64,000 bases of DNA. Source: Bradymonadia bacterium (GTDB lineage Bacteria; Myxococcota_A; Bradymonadia; UBA7976; UBA1532). Made by a program: the position numbers and the translations under genes. Numbering within the stretch: the stretch's first letter is position 1; the number at the start of each line of letters is the position of its first letter. Below, piece by piece: positions 49,446 to 59,923 of the stretch. The stretch is from the NCBI GenBank assembly GCA_046290225.1, contig JBKAGE010000007.1:1-64000 (forward strand), given 5' to 3'. The notes beneath the pieces are model-generated. The model was not told the DNA's origin and ran no database searches. It worked only from the letters and a program-made list of their open reading frames with translations.

Positions 49446-49721
49446 GAGGCCCTAACATAACTGCTCCCATCGCCAGAAAGGCAGTGTTGTCTAGCCCAGC
49501 CAGACGAAGGCATCCGATGGGCAACTCTTCGCTCCGTCGGCTTCGCCTCTGTCGACTACGAGTTGTCTGGCAAAGCCAGATACCTTCGCCTGTCTGGCCT
49601 CAGCACTTCGCGATGCAGCCGAAAGCATCCTCGACGATACATCGGTATCGCCTGCGGGTCTTTCAACTGCCTCACTCGCGCCTCACCTCCCTGGCTCGGT
49701 CCGCCGTTGTGTTAGGACCTC
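49446..49721. mobile_element. 276-bp MITE with GAG-starting terminal inverted repeats and TAA target-site duplication (IS5-family-like ends)
   Basis: Left end GAGGCCCTAACATAAC, right end reverse complement GAGGTCCTAACACAAC (14/16). TAA at 49443-49445 and 49722-49724. No credible transposase ORF. Confidence 0.72.
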
Positions 49722-49732
49722 TAAGCGTGCCT

Positions 49733-50500
49733 TCAGTGCTGGACTTGCCCACCATCGACGACGACGGTCTGGCCATTGATGCCCCGGGCGCCGTGAGGCA
49801 ACAGGGCGAGGGTGCTGTGGACCACCTCGTCGATCTCGATGAGGCGACGCTGAGGGTTGAGGGACTCAAGGGCCTTTCGGGCCGACTCGGCGTCGCGACC
49901 TGTAATGGCCTGGATGCGCGCCACGGTCTGCTCGGTCATGGGCGTGTCCACGAACCCCGGACACACAGCGTTCACCGTGATCCCCTTGCCGGCCACCTCG
50001 ACCGCGAGGGCCCGGGTGAGGCCGATGACGCCGTGCTTGCTGGCGCAATACGCCGAAGTGAAGCGATAGCCGGAGAGTCCGGCGTTGCTGGCGATGAACA
50101 CCACCCGGCCCCATTTCTGAGTCAGCATGTGAGGCATGCACGCCCGCGTGAGCTTGAACGGCGCGGTGAGATTCACGGCGAGGGTCTGGGCCCACAGCTC
50201 ATCGTCGGTTCTGGCGATGGTGGCGCTGTGGGCGATGCCGGCGTTGTTGACGAGCACGTCGATGGGCCCGAGGGCTTCGCGCACCTCGTCGAGGGCACGG
50301 GTCATGGCGTCGTCGTCGGTGACGTCGAGGGCCACGGCGAGGCCGCCGTGCTCGGCGACCAGATCGCGGAGGGCGTCGATGCTGCGGGCGGCCCATGCCA
50401 CGGCATAGCCTTCGGCACACAGGGCGGCGGCGATGGCAGCGCCGATGCCGCGGGATGCGCCCGTGACCAGCGCCACGGGGCGTTCAGGAGGTGTGTTCAT
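49733..50500 (-). CDS. Short-chain dehydrogenase/reductase (SDR)
   Basis: TGASRGIG, LVNNAGI, YCASKHG (YxxxK), VNAVCPGFVDT, VDGG. Confidence 0.95.
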   Translation of the reverse strand: MNTPPERPVALVTGASRGIGAAIAAALCAEGYAVAWAARSIDALRDLVAEHGGLAVALDVTDDDAMTRALDEVREALGPIDVLVNNAGIAHSATIARTDDELWAQTLAVNLTAPFKLTRACMPHMLTQKWGRVVFIASNAGLSGYRFTSAYCASKHGVIGLTRALAVEVAGKGITVNAVCPGFVDTPMTEQTVARIQAITGRDAESARKALESLNPQRRLIEIDEVVHSTLALLPHGARGINGQTVVVDGGQVQH

Positions 50501-50658
50501 GGCCGGGGATGGTAGACCGAATCAGGGCGCCTTGAATAGATCCCGCCCAACCTTCAAAATGTGCGAATCGCTGAAAGCCTCGCGCCCCACTGTCGTCTCG
50601 TTCGATGTGATGTCGTGCACGTGATGGTGTGGTCTCGGACGAGGCCCACTGGGAAGGC

Positions 50659-51459
50659 ATGTTGATGGACAAGTCCCCCCCGCGGTCCAAGCACACCCAG
50701 ATCCCCTACCCCGAGTACACCTTGCGGGTGATCCTGGCGTGTCTCGAACCCCCGGCGCGCCTCGCGGTGCACGCCCACTCTCCCCTCGATCTCATCCGCG
50801 ACATGCTCACCCTCGCCATGTGGCGAGAGGCGAAGAACCGCTACGTCACCAACAACATGATCTCGCTGATCTTCGGGAAGTCGCTGCGCACGGTGAAGTA
50901 CCTGAGCGCCCGCTTCAACAAGGACGACATCTTCGACGAGACCGAGATCAGCCAGATGCGGCGGGTGGAAGATCTGCTCCGACAACGCCCGATGTCGCTC
51001 ATGGAGTTGGCCCGCAACATGCCCCACAGCGGAGAGGTCGACACCGCGGGGCTCGCGGTGAAGGCGCTGCTTCGGAACAAACGCATCGAAGCGCTGCCTG
51101 CAGAGAAGGGGCAGCCCACACGCTACCAGGTGGTCGATCGTCACCTGAACCTGTTCACCGAGGGGGACTGGGAGGCGCGCCTGGACGCTCTCACCGAGCA
51201 CCTCGAGGCGGTGACCGAGACCGTGCGCCGGCGCTTCTTGAGCGCCCACCCGGAAACCGCGGCAGCCCGCACCTTTGCCTTCAAGGCCCGCCCTGAAGAT
51301 GTCGAAGCCTTCAGAACAGCCCTCTTCGATTTCATCCGCGAAGGCTATATGGATCTCGAATCCAAGGCTGAAGGTGATCCCGACGCCCGGGTGTATTCGG
51401 TCTATGCCGGCGCCACCGAAACCGCAGACGACGCTGATCCCGAAGAGGGGCTCTCATGA
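50659..51459 (+). CDS. Hypothetical protein, putative HTH regulator
   Basis: HTH-like segments TNNMISLIFGKSLRTVKYL and MSLMELARNM; start approximate. Confidence 0.6.
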   Translation: MLMDKSPPRSKHTQIPYPEYTLRVILACLEPPARLAVHAHSPLDLIRDMLTLAMWREAKNRYVTNNMISLIFGKSLRTVKYLSARFNKDDIFDETEISQMRRVEDLLRQRPMSLMELARNMPHSGEVDTAGLAVKALLRNKRIEALPAEKGQPTRYQVVDRHLNLFTEGDWEARLDALTEHLEAVTETVRRRFLSAHPETAAARTFAFKARPEDVEAFRTALFDFIREGYMDLESKAEGDPDARVYSVYAGATETADDADPEEGLS

Positions 51460-52121
51460 TCCGCATCCATTCGCTCGCCCTGATCGCCACGCTCCTGGGG
51501 TGCGCGCCCTCTGCTCAGCCCACGGCTCACTTCGAGACTGATGAGCCGACAGTGGCCCCAGCGCTGCCGGCCCCCAAGGCCATGTCGTTCTCGAGGTCAG
51601 ACTGGCAGCAGGTCGATCCCGGCCACCTGAGCAGCATGCCTGTAGAAGAGGCGGACGTCTGCATGGAGTGGTGTCTGCCGGACGGCTGCGTGCTCATGTG
51701 CATCGACGACGCGCTCATCGCCGCCCAGCATCCGGAGTACGCTCCAGGTGCCGAGGGCTGCACGGTGTGTGGTCGCGAGACCGGCTTCCGCGACAACCCC
51801 GAGTTCGCCGCCCCTGAGGTCGAGGTCCGCCTCGATGGGGTGCAGGCAGTGCTGACCTGGCCCCCCATCGAAGAAGCACATCAGTACGCGGTCTTCATGT
51901 TGCGGTGGTCGATCGAAGAAGACGGTGAGCCCCCGGCAGACGCCGATGATCTACGCCGCGCGAGCCGCCTCGCCCGGAAGGTGGTGTTCACCGAGCAACC
52001 CCGGGTCGATCTCACCTTGGGTCACGATGAGCATTATGTGGTGCAGGTGGTGGGGCTCGATCCCGAGGGCACCTGGATCTCTGCCCCCTCGACGCCGATT
52101 CAGCTGCACGCCGCCGAGTAG
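51456..52121 (+). CDS. Hypothetical lipoprotein (C-terminal FnIII-like domain)
   Basis: Lipobox LLGC, Cys cluster, LTWPP...Y.V...Y.VQV.G pattern. ATGA overlap. Confidence 0.68.
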   Translation: MIRIHSLALIATLLGCAPSAQPTAHFETDEPTVAPALPAPKAMSFSRSDWQQVDPGHLSSMPVEEADVCMEWCLPDGCVLMCIDDALIAAQHPEYAPGAEGCTVCGRETGFRDNPEFAAPEVEVRLDGVQAVLTWPPIEEAHQYAVFMLRWSIEEDGEPPADADDLRRASRLARKVVFTEQPRVDLTLGHDEHYVVQVVGLDPEGTWISAPSTPIQLHAAE

Positions 52122-52131
52122 AGCAGCACGC

Positions 52132-53199
52132 TCAAGGCTGCAGCTGGTTGAACAGCCCTTCGAGCTGCCTCAGCTGTCCCGCGTCGATGTTGGGCAGCTT
52201 GAGCATGTTGTCGTAGCGCTGGGTGAACGTGGAGGTCACTGTAGAGAGGCCACCGAAGAAGAGATAGATCACCACGCCGTACAGTGCCCACCGCGTGCCC
52301 ATCCGGCCCCGCTGCGTCGTACGCTCCATACACGCCACGCCATGCTTTGAGAGCGCTCGCCCGCCATCGGAGCGGACCTCTCCAGCGACCAGCACCAGCG
52401 AGATGACCTCGTCACCGGGGGCCACCTCCATCAGAGCACCAGGGGCCGTGCCCAGATTCTCCGCGGCGTGATCAATGGCCCGCTTCACCCAGTCGTGGTT
52501 CGCCCCCTCAGGACACAGCGCCTCGAGCACCGAGAGCGTGCGCTCGACGTCGAGTCGTGCGGAGGTCAGGGCACCGAGCACGTCGAGGATCAGCCCTTGC
52601 TCGTCGGGGCGAGTGAGCATGGGCTCGATGACGGGCAGGCGCATCATCATGCGCTCCAGCTTTCGCGGGCTTTGTCCTTGAGGCAGCAACAGACGCGTGG
52701 CCGCCACGACCAGCCCCGTGCACGCCAGCGGCAACAGCCAGGGGGCACCACCCCCACCGCCGAGGACCAATGCAGGCAGGGCCGTGGCCATGGCCGAGAC
52801 CCAAATCATCGCCAGGGGCCCCGCAGCGCCGATCAGGATCGTCATACGCCGCCGGCCCACCAGCTGACGCCGCCGAGCGATGACACGCAGCAAGGCCACC
52901 ACCGCTTTGTGAGGTGGTCCATCGGCGATTTGTGCGTGGTCCCCTTCAGGTCGCTGGCCGGCCCCCGCCCGGGCCAGGGCAAGGCCCTCGTTCGGTGACA
53001 GCATGCCTGCCTCTACGAGGGCGGTCGAGAGCGGCAATCGCTTCTGCAATCCGGTGCGCACGGTCGCAGCGACGACGCGGCTCTCGTCACCGGCCACCCT
53101 GAGGGCCTCAAGGGCCGGCAGCGGGCCGCCTCGGGCTTCGAGGGCCGTGGCCAGGGCGTCGAGCCAGTGGCCGCTCACCTCTGCAGAGAGCTGCGTCAC
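52132..53199 (-). CDS. Divergent type II secretion F / PilC-like inner-membrane platform protein
   Basis: Two repeated helical domains (LATALE.G.P...L; LSTAL...G; GE..G), RLPVI motif, three TM regions. GTGA overlap with the upstream gene. Confidence 0.5.
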   Translation of the reverse strand: MTQLSAEVSGHWLDALATALEARGGPLPALEALRVAGDESRVVAATVRTGLQKRLPLSTALVEAGMLSPNEGLALARAGAGQRPEGDHAQIADGPPHKAVVALLRVIARRRQLVGRRRMTILIGAAGPLAMIWVSAMATALPALVLGGGGGAPWLLPLACTGLVVAATRLLLPQGQSPRKLERMMMRLPVIEPMLTRPDEQGLILDVLGALTSARLDVERTLSVLEALCPEGANHDWVKRAIDHAAENLGTAPGALMEVAPGDEVISLVLVAGEVRSDGGRALSKHGVACMERTTQRGRMGTRWALYGVVIYLFFGGLSTVTSTFTQRYDNMLKLPNIDAGQLRQLEGLFNQLQP

Positions 53200-54401
53200 G
53201 GCCGCGCCCCAGACCAGATCAGAATGTTCCGGGGGCTGATCGATTGCGGGAACAGGTACATGATCTCCACCGGTCTGCCCTGCTCTTCCAGGGCGCAGAT
53301 GCGATCGAGGGCCACCACCAGCTCGATGACGCGCGAGAGCATGCGCCGGGGCTGTGACCACCGCCGCACAGCGGCGTAGATGGTGGCACCTTCTGCCTCG
53401 GCGGCGGTGAGCTCAGCCTCGGTGGCCGGAGGCAACCCACGCCGCTCGAGGGCCACCCGCGCCGCCCGCTCGAAGCTGTGCTGCATGGCGCGTCGGGATA
53501 CGCCCCGTGGCGCGCTCACCACGTCGACGTCGAGGCCCCTGCCCCGGAGCAACACCTCGAGGCCGTGGCGCCAGGCCCGTCCGCGGGCCACCTCTTCGAG
53601 GGAGACTCCTGTGGGCAGCGCGAAGTTGGCGAAGCTGAGCAGCGGCTGCTCGAAGTCGATGCCGAGCGCTTTGCCCAGGCTCGATCTCGGGTGCCGCGGG
53701 CACGTGTGCATCTTCTGAGCACAGCACCCCACGAGGGCCAGTGACACCTCAGGGGCATCCCCCACGGCCTCCACCGCGGCGTCGCCGAGGCGTCCGCAGG
53801 CGTGCAGCCCCACCACCACATCTCCAGCCTCGAGGGGCCATTGATCTTTCAGGGCATCCACGTGGGCGAACTCGACGCGGGCATCCCCTTCGGCGAGGGC
53901 TTGAGCACGCCAGACCCGTTGCTCCACAGCCTCTAGACCCAAGGCGCGGCAGCCCAGAGCGTCGCTCAAGGTGCGGGTGAGGTGGCCATGACCCGAGCCG
54001 ATGTCGACGATGCGACCGCTGGCGGCGTCTCGATCCTGGAGGGCGTGCACAAAGGCCCGCACCTGGGCCTGCTTGCGCACCGAGGCCCCCTTCATCGGCG
54101 CGTCGGGCTCGATGGGCAGCACCGGCTCTTTGGGAAACAACATCAGCGACCGCACCCGATGACAGAGATCCACCAGGCTCTCCGGGGCATCGGGCAGGTG
54201 GCCTGCCCACCATGTCAGGCCATCGCGCTCCACGCCGTCGAGGACCGCCGGGCTGAGCTGTGCCAGCCACGTGTCCCAACCACGGGCCACTGCCCAGGCC
54301 GGTGGCTCGGCGCTGAGCACCCGCTCTGCGAGCACATCGGCGACCTCGTCGAGCAGGGCCGCGCCGGCGCTCAAGGCCTCGGCACAGGTGGAGATGGACA
54401 C
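53196..54401 (-). CDS. SAM-dependent methyltransferase (Methyltransf_32 / METTL25-like)
   Basis: K..QV, IVDIGSGHGHL, VVGLHACG.LGD, VGCC, LDR...LEE.G, SISPRN.LI. Confidence 0.82.
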   Translation of the reverse strand: MSISTCAEALSAGAALLDEVADVLAERVLSAEPPAWAVARGWDTWLAQLSPAVLDGVERDGLTWWAGHLPDAPESLVDLCHRVRSLMLFPKEPVLPIEPDAPMKGASVRKQAQVRAFVHALQDRDAASGRIVDIGSGHGHLTRTLSDALGCRALGLEAVEQRVWRAQALAEGDARVEFAHVDALKDQWPLEAGDVVVGLHACGRLGDAAVEAVGDAPEVSLALVGCCAQKMHTCPRHPRSSLGKALGIDFEQPLLSFANFALPTGVSLEEVARGRAWRHGLEVLLRGRGLDVDVVSAPRGVSRRAMQHSFERAARVALERRGLPPATEAELTAAEAEGATIYAAVRRWSQPRRMLSRVIELVVALDRICALEEQGRPVEIMYLFPQSISPRNILIWSGARP

Positions 54402-54404
54402 CGC

Positions 54405-55286
54405 TCAGCTCAGCCTGGGCAGCATGCCGTGCTGCTCGAGGAAGTCCACCACGGCGCGGTTCACCGCATCGGGTTGCTCCACGAGGGCCACATGGCCACC
54501 ATCGGGCACCACCATCAGCTCTGCGCTGGGGATAGCCCCGTGAATCTTGTGCCCCACCCACAGCGGGGCGAAGGGATCCCGCTCTCCAGCCACCACCAGA
54601 GTGGGCACCTTGATGGTGGGCAGCAGATCTTCCGTGGTGTGATTGTGGGCGCCGGCGATGATGGCCTTGAGTGTGGGCGGATCGAGACGACGGAAGCCCG
54701 TGCGGTAGTCCTTGATGACCGGTCGCGGAGCGTCGTCGTTGAGCAGCCCCAGCACCTTCCCGAGATCATGGGCGAAGTCGGGGCGCATGATCTGCCCCAT
54801 CCCGCCAAATGCCGCGCGCCACACCGGCATCGGGGCGAAGCGCACGAGGGCGTGGAGCGTGGGCCCGATGACAGGCTTCAGCGCGTGCTCGAAGATGCGC
54901 CCCGGGGTGGCCAGAATCGGCACCAGGGCGTCGATGCGATCACTCAACGTGCGCCACGCCTCCAGAATCACCTGACCGCCCATGGAGAACCCGATGAGGG
55001 TGGCCGTCTCGACCCCGCAGGCGTCCATCACCCGGGCCATGTCCTCCACCAGCGCAGGGATGCTGCAACCCGCCTTGGTGTGCGCCGGCGCCGAGGCGCC
55101 ATGGCCTTTGTAATCCCAGGTGATGAGCTGGGCCCGCGATCTCAGCTGAGACAACATGGGACCCCAGAAGAACCGCGCCGTGGTCAGCCCGTTGGCGAAG
55201 ACCACCACAGGTCCTGAGGACAAACCATGGCGCTCATAGGCGATCTGCGTACCGTCTCTGCTCTCGATGTAGTGTGTGCTCACCAA
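54405..55286 (-). CDS. Alpha/beta hydrolase
   Basis: WDYKGHG.S, GFSMGG nucleophile elbow, PTLVVAGERD, GGH. Confidence 0.92.
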   Translation of the reverse strand: MVSTHYIESRDGTQIAYERHGLSSGPVVVFANGLTTARFFWGPMLSQLRSRAQLITWDYKGHGASAPAHTKAGCSIPALVEDMARVMDACGVETATLIGFSMGGQVILEAWRTLSDRIDALVPILATPGRIFEHALKPVIGPTLHALVRFAPMPVWRAAFGGMGQIMRPDFAHDLGKVLGLLNDDAPRPVIKDYRTGFRRLDPPTLKAIIAGAHNHTTEDLLPTIKVPTLVVAGERDPFAPLWVGHKIHGAIPSAELMVVPDGGHVALVEQPDAVNRAVVDFLEQHGMLPRLS

Positions 55287-56083
55287 ACACCTCGCCAGCC
55301 AAAATACCCGCCCTGAAGATCAGTCCCCAGCGGCGCCACGACCACGCCGGCGGGCTCGCTCTCATCCTCGTCGAGGAGCCACAGCACCGTGCCGGTGACC
55401 ACCAGGACGCCAGCGACCCCCCAGGCCACGTTCGAGTTCAAGGCGGCGGTCTCACCGTCGGACTGTGTGCTCGCCTTGAGGGCCCCGGTCTGCGCCTCTT
55501 GATGTTGTGTTTCGAGATCTCGCGCCTCGAGGCCCTGCCAGATCGCCACCCCAGCCCCTACAGCTGCGACACTCCAAGCGGTGATGGCATAGGGCATCAA
55601 GCGGGTCGACGACGCACGCTCCACCGGTGCGCTCACCACTGTGGGTGGCAGTTCGGGGACCGGCTTGATGTCGGGCCGAGGCGTTTGTTCTTCGGGCTGC
55701 CGAGCAAGCCCGACGCGAATCAAACGAATGGATCGCTCCACCTCGGCACGATCATCTATGGGGATGCCCTTGGCATCGCTCTCTTCGAGATAGCGGGTGT
55801 AATACTCGATGGCTTTGGGGCCGTCGCCGAGCTCTTCTGCACACCGCGCCAGGTTGAAGAGCAAAATGGGGGCCGGATCGAGGGTGTGGGCTCGACCAAA
55901 AGCCGCCGAGGCGGTCTCGAAGTCACGTGCTCTGAACGCAGTGATGCCTTCTTTATAGGCCTCTCGGGCCTGCATCTGCTCTGCAGTGAGCACAGATGAT
56001 GTCTCTTGAATGTTGTTTTCAGAGGTGTCTTCGGTGGTCGCCTGAGCCCCTGCCGACGACGCCCAAACCCCTAAGGTACACAT
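55280..56083 (-). CDS. TPR-containing exported/membrane protein
   Basis: AREAYKEG..AF, P.P.LLFNLARC, AIEYY.RYL, two C-terminal hydrophobic helices. The start may lie upstream (up to about 56188). Confidence 0.72.
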   Translation of the reverse strand: MCTLGVWASSAGAQATTEDTSENNIQETSSVLTAEQMQAREAYKEGITAFRARDFETASAAFGRAHTLDPAPILLFNLARCAEELGDGPKAIEYYTRYLEESDAKGIPIDDRAEVERSIRLIRVGLARQPEEQTPRPDIKPVPELPPTVVSAPVERASSTRLMPYAITAWSVAAVGAGVAIWQGLEARDLETQHQEAQTGALKASTQSDGETAALNSNVAWGVAGVLVVTGTVLWLLDEDESEPAGVVVAPLGTDLQGGYFGWRGVW

Positions 56084-56211
56084 CCACGCCCAGAAGACGG
56101 CGCGCCCCCGTCCCCGACGTCGCGCCTCGGAGGCGCCGATGGGGTGGTGGGGTGGCTCAGAAAGCACTAATTTACGTCGCGCAGGCATCAATGACCCAGG
56201 CAGTTGACTCA

Positions 56212-58092
56212 ATGCGCAGCGCTCGAACAACCTCGATTGGCCCTCACCTCGCTCTGATGTGGGTGTGCGCTGTCCTCGGTGCATGTACCTCAGAGTCCAC
56301 CGGTGACGCCAGCCCCACGGGCGAGGGCGGCCCTCGGCGCTTCGATGCATCGATGGCGCCGCTCCAGCCTGACGGGGCCATTGCAGAGGCCGACGCGGCG
56401 CCTCCGAGCACCGAGCAGGACGCCGAAGCCCCACTGGCCGACGGTGGCCTGAATGACGCACGCCCTGACGATATGCCTGGTGAAGATGCTCAAGTGCTCG
56501 ATGCCACTGTGCTCGATGCCACTGTGCTCGATGCCACTGGGCCTGTCTCGGACGGCGGTATCGCTGACAGCAACATGCCTGACAGTGAAATGCCTGACAG
56601 CGAAATGCCCGACAGCACGCCACCCGATGCTGGACCAGCCCCTCAGCCCTGCGCCCTCGTGGACGATCCACATCCCGAGCTGCAATGGATCGATGACGGC
56701 CGCCGCCTGATCATCGATCCGTTTCCTGGCATCGACGCCCTCCGAGATCGTCGTGTGATTGTCTACTTGCCAGCAAGCTATGATGCTGATCCCGCTCGCC
56801 GGTTCCCAGTCATGTACATGCACGACGGGCAAAACCTCTTCGATCCTCGAGAAGCCTTCGGCGGACAGGCCTGGGAGGCTGACGACACCTTCGATCGCCT
56901 CACCGCAGAGGGGGTCATCGAGCCGGTCATCGTGGTGGCCGTCGACAACACAGTCGATCGCATCTGGGACTACACCCCCACGGTGGACCCCGGTGAGGGC
57001 ATCGGCGGCGGGTTGCCGGTGTATGGCCGCTGGCTCACGGAACAGCTCAAGCCCTTCATCGATGCACGGCTCCGCACAGTCTGTGATCCAGAGCACACAG
57101 GCATCGGCGGCTCCTCTCTCGGCGGGCTGGCGTCGCTGTGGCTGCTGGACAACCACCAGGACCACTTCGGCCGGGCCCTGTGCATGTCGAGCTCTCTGTG
57201 GTGGAACGACACCGCCGCCCTCGACGAGATGCCGGCGCTGGCTGCGACCTGGCGCCCTGGCAACCGATTGTGGCTCGACGCTGGTAACCTGGAGAATGGG
57301 GGCTTCGACGGCGACGGCAATGGGCTGGTCTCTGTCGTAGAGCACAGCCGCCAGGCCCGGGATCTCCTCATCGCGGGCGGCCTGACCTTCGGCGATGATC
57401 TGGCCTACCTCGAGACCCCCCTCGATCCACACAACGAGGGGGCCTGGAGGCGGCGACTCCCCGATGCGTTGACATATATGTGGGCGCCGGACACAGAGGA
57501 TGCGCCGCCCGCTGAGCTGAGCCTGCGGGTGTACGGCGACGCTGTTGCTGGTGGTGTCGCTGTCGCCACCGCAGTAGACGCCACCTTGCCTTCAGGGGCT
57601 CGGGTGACTCTGCCTGCATCAGCGCTGACATTCGAAGTCGATGATCCTGAGATCGCCACCGTCACCCCTGGTGGCGAAGTCTCTGGGCTCGCAGGGGGTG
57701 AGACCACCTTGCGCGTACGGCTGCGGGCCGCCCCCGAGGTGGGCACCGAAGGGCGGATTCAGGTGGGGGGTGACGGCACTGTGCAGGTCACCTTCGACAT
57801 CACCGTGCCTCCAAACACCCCGCCAGGTGACACCATCTATCTCAACGGCGACGCTGTCGCCCTCGGCACATGGCAAGCCGAAGCTGCAGTGCCCATGCAA
57901 CCTGCTGGTGATCGACGCTGGACCCTCACCCTCGACCTGCCCCCAGGCCCCATCGAGTTCAAAGCCCACCGCGGTAACTGGGGCACAGTGGAGAAGGGTG
58001 CTTTTGGTGAAGAGATCGGCAACCGCCAGGCAGAGGCCGCCGAAGGGGTGACGATCGAGGGCACAGTGCTCAACTGGGCCGACATCCGTTGA
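56212..58092 (+). CDS. Lipoprotein esterase (IroE/Fes-like alpha/beta hydrolase) + Ig-like domain + CBM20
   Basis: Lipobox [29 protein letters not shown]; Big_2-like [14 protein letters not shown]20-like [11 protein letters not shown]...LG.W...W...EFK....W...EKG. Confidence 0.87.
   Translation: MRSARTTSIGPHLALMWVCAVLGACTSESTGDASPTGEGGPRRFDASMAPLQPDGAIAEADAAPPSTEQDAEAPLADGGLNDARPDDMPGEDAQVLDATVLDATVLDATGPVSDGGIADSNMPDSEMPDSEMPDSTPPDAGPAPQPCALVDDPHPELQWIDDGRRLIIDPFPGIDALRDRRVIVYLPASYDADPARRFPVMYMHDGQNLFDPREAFGGQAWEADDTFDRLTAEGVIEPVIVVAVDNTVDRIWDYTPTVDPGEGIGGGLPVYGRWLTEQLKPFIDARLRTVCDPEHTGIGGSSLGGLASLWLLDNHQDHFGRALCMSSSLWWNDTAALDEMPALAATWRPGNRLWLDAGNLENGGFDGDGNGLVSVVEHSRQARDLLIAGGLTFGDDLAYLETPLDPHNEGAWRRRLPDALTYMWAPDTEDAPPAELSLRVYGDAVAGGVAVATAVDATLPSGARVTLPASALTFEVDDPEIATVTPGGEVSGLAGGETTLRVRLRAAPEVGTEGRIQVGGDGTVQVTFDITVPPNTPPGDTIYLNGDAVALGTWQAEAAVPMQPAGDRRWTLTLDLPPGPIEFKAHRGNWGTVEKGAFGEEIGNRQAEAAEGVTIEGTVLNWADIR
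56494..56538 (+). repeat. Intragenic 15-bp tandem repeat x3 (VLDAT)
   Basis: GTGCTCGATGCCACT three times, followed by about 3 imperfect ATGCCTGACAG(T/C)GAA (MPDSE) repeats near 56575-56615. Confidence 0.85.
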
Positions 58093-59864
58093 GCACACGT
58101 CTACCCCCATGGTTACAGCCCGCGGCTTGGTGGCTGCTGGTGGCCCTCATCGTCGGGTTCAGCGGGTGGGCGGTGTATCTGCTCACCTACACTCAGAACA
58201 ACAAGCTCACCGTCACCCAGCACACCACCACGATGGGGCACGTGCAAGCGGCGAGCATGGCCATTGATCTGCTCGGACAGAGCGGGCCAGATCAGCGGGC
58301 CCCCGAGGCACACCTTCGAGCAGCCCTCAACAAGGTACTCGAGGCCCACGAGCCCACATGGCGCGGCAGAGCGGCTCTCGAAGCCCACCAACAGAGCGAC
58401 GTCCAGCTGACCCTGCTGCCCCATGACGATCGCGCTGCGCGCTTGTCGCCGTTGCAAGAAGCCCTCGACACCCTCACAGAGCAGCTCACCACCGAGGTGA
58501 GCACCGCGCGGCAGCAACTCGTGCAGAGCCTCGAACAGCTCATGATCCTCGCCCTCGGCGCGCTGATCTTTGCCGGCTCTACTCTCTGGCTCGGGCTCGC
58601 GCTGAAACGGCGACACGATCGCATCTCTGCCCTCGCCACCGAGGTCGAGCAGGCCTTCACCGCCGAATCCCTCGCTCGAGCAGAGGCCGAGCAGGCCCTC
58701 GCCGCCGAGGGTCACGCCCGAAAGCAGGCTGAAGCAGCCGATCAGGCCAAGAGCAGGTTCCTGGCCAACGTGAGCCACGAGCTGCGCACCCCACTCAACG
58801 GCATCATCGGCCTCGGTCAGCTGATGTTGCACACCGAGCTCAACGCCCACCAACGGGCGGATCTCTACACGCTCCTGGGCTCGGCAAAAGGGCTCGTGGA
58901 TCTCATCGAAGATCTGCTCGACCTGTCGCGCATCGAGGCCGGGGCCTTGCAGCTCAACCCCCAACCCGTTCAACTGAGTGCTCTCTTCGAGACCACGCTG
59001 TTGCCCCTCAAGCGACAGGCCCAGGAGAAAGGCATCGCCCTCACCTGGACCGTCAGCGAGCAGGTGCCTCCAGGGCTCAAGCTCGACGAGACGCGCCTGC
59101 GTCAGGTGCTCATCAACCTCGTGGGCAATGCCCTCAAGTTCACCGAGCGCGGTGGCATCACCGTCATCGCCGATCTGGAGCCCGGGCTCACCCCTCTGGG
59201 GCTCAAAATCAGCGTCATCGACACTGGTGTGGGCATCCCCGCTGATCAGCTCCAACACATCTTCAAGCCGTTCCGACAAGTCGACGGCTCAGATGCCCGC
59301 AAACACGGCGGCACAGGCCTTGGTCTCGCCATCAGCCGTGAGATCGCCGAGCTCATGGGTGGAGATCTCGCCGTCCGCAGCGCCCCGGGCGAGGGCAGCA
59401 CGTTCATTTGCACCGTGATCACTGAGGCGGTGGCCGCGCCTCGGCGGCGGCACAGCAGCATCGACATGACCCCGGTGCTCGCCGAGCAGCTCAACATCGT
59501 CATCGCCGAGGACCACCCCGTGAACCGCATGGTCCTCACCCGCATGCTCGAGCGGGCGGGTCATCAAGTACACAGCGCCACCAACGGCGCCGAAGCGGTG
59601 GCCATGGTCTCAGAGCATCACCCCGATGTGGTGCTCATGGATGTACAGATGCCCGAGATGGATGGCCTCGAAGCCACCCGGGCCATTCGCGCACTGGAAG
59701 AAGAGGCGTCGACACATCTGCCCATCATCGCCGTCACCGCCAACGCCATGAAGGAAGACGAAGCCCGCTGCCGGGAGGCAGGCATGGATGCCTACCTCTC
59801 CAAACCCATCAAGCCACGCGATCTGTTCACCACGATCCAGGCACTCTGCAGCCCCCAACCATAG
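58089..59864 (+). CDS. Hybrid sensor histidine kinase/response regulator
   Basis: Two TM segments, [41 protein letters not shown] with [18 protein letters not shown]. Confidence 0.95.
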   Translation: MSTRLPPWLQPAAWWLLVALIVGFSGWAVYLLTYTQNNKLTVTQHTTTMGHVQAASMAIDLLGQSGPDQRAPEAHLRAALNKVLEAHEPTWRGRAALEAHQQSDVQLTLLPHDDRAARLSPLQEALDTLTEQLTTEVSTARQQLVQSLEQLMILALGALIFAGSTLWLGLALKRRHDRISALATEVEQAFTAESLARAEAEQALAAEGHARKQAEAADQAKSRFLANVSHELRTPLNGIIGLGQLMLHTELNAHQRADLYTLLGSAKGLVDLIEDLLDLSRIEAGALQLNPQPVQLSALFETTLLPLKRQAQEKGIALTWTVSEQVPPGLKLDETRLRQVLINLVGNALKFTERGGITVIADLEPGLTPLGLKISVIDTGVGIPADQLQHIFKPFRQVDGSDARKHGGTGLGLAISREIAELMGGDLAVRSAPGEGSTFICTVITEAVAAPRRRHSSIDMTPVLAEQLNIVIAEDHPVNRMVLTRMLERAGHQVHSATNGAEAVAMVSEHHPDVVLMDVQMPEMDGLEATRAIRALEEEASTHLPIIAVTANAMKEDEARCREAGMDAYLSKPIKPRDLFTTIQALCSPQP

Positions 59865-59923
59865 AGCGTTATGAGGAAGAACCTGCTACATCAGTTTCTT
59901 CCCCATAACGCTCTAGAGCTCAC

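Noticed and set aside
53196..54401. Hen1 partner for the RNA repair enzyme
   Set aside because: The motifs (GLHACG, GCC, SPRN) fit Methyltransf_32, not Hen1 (E.IEH, TPN.EYN), and it is 46 kb away.
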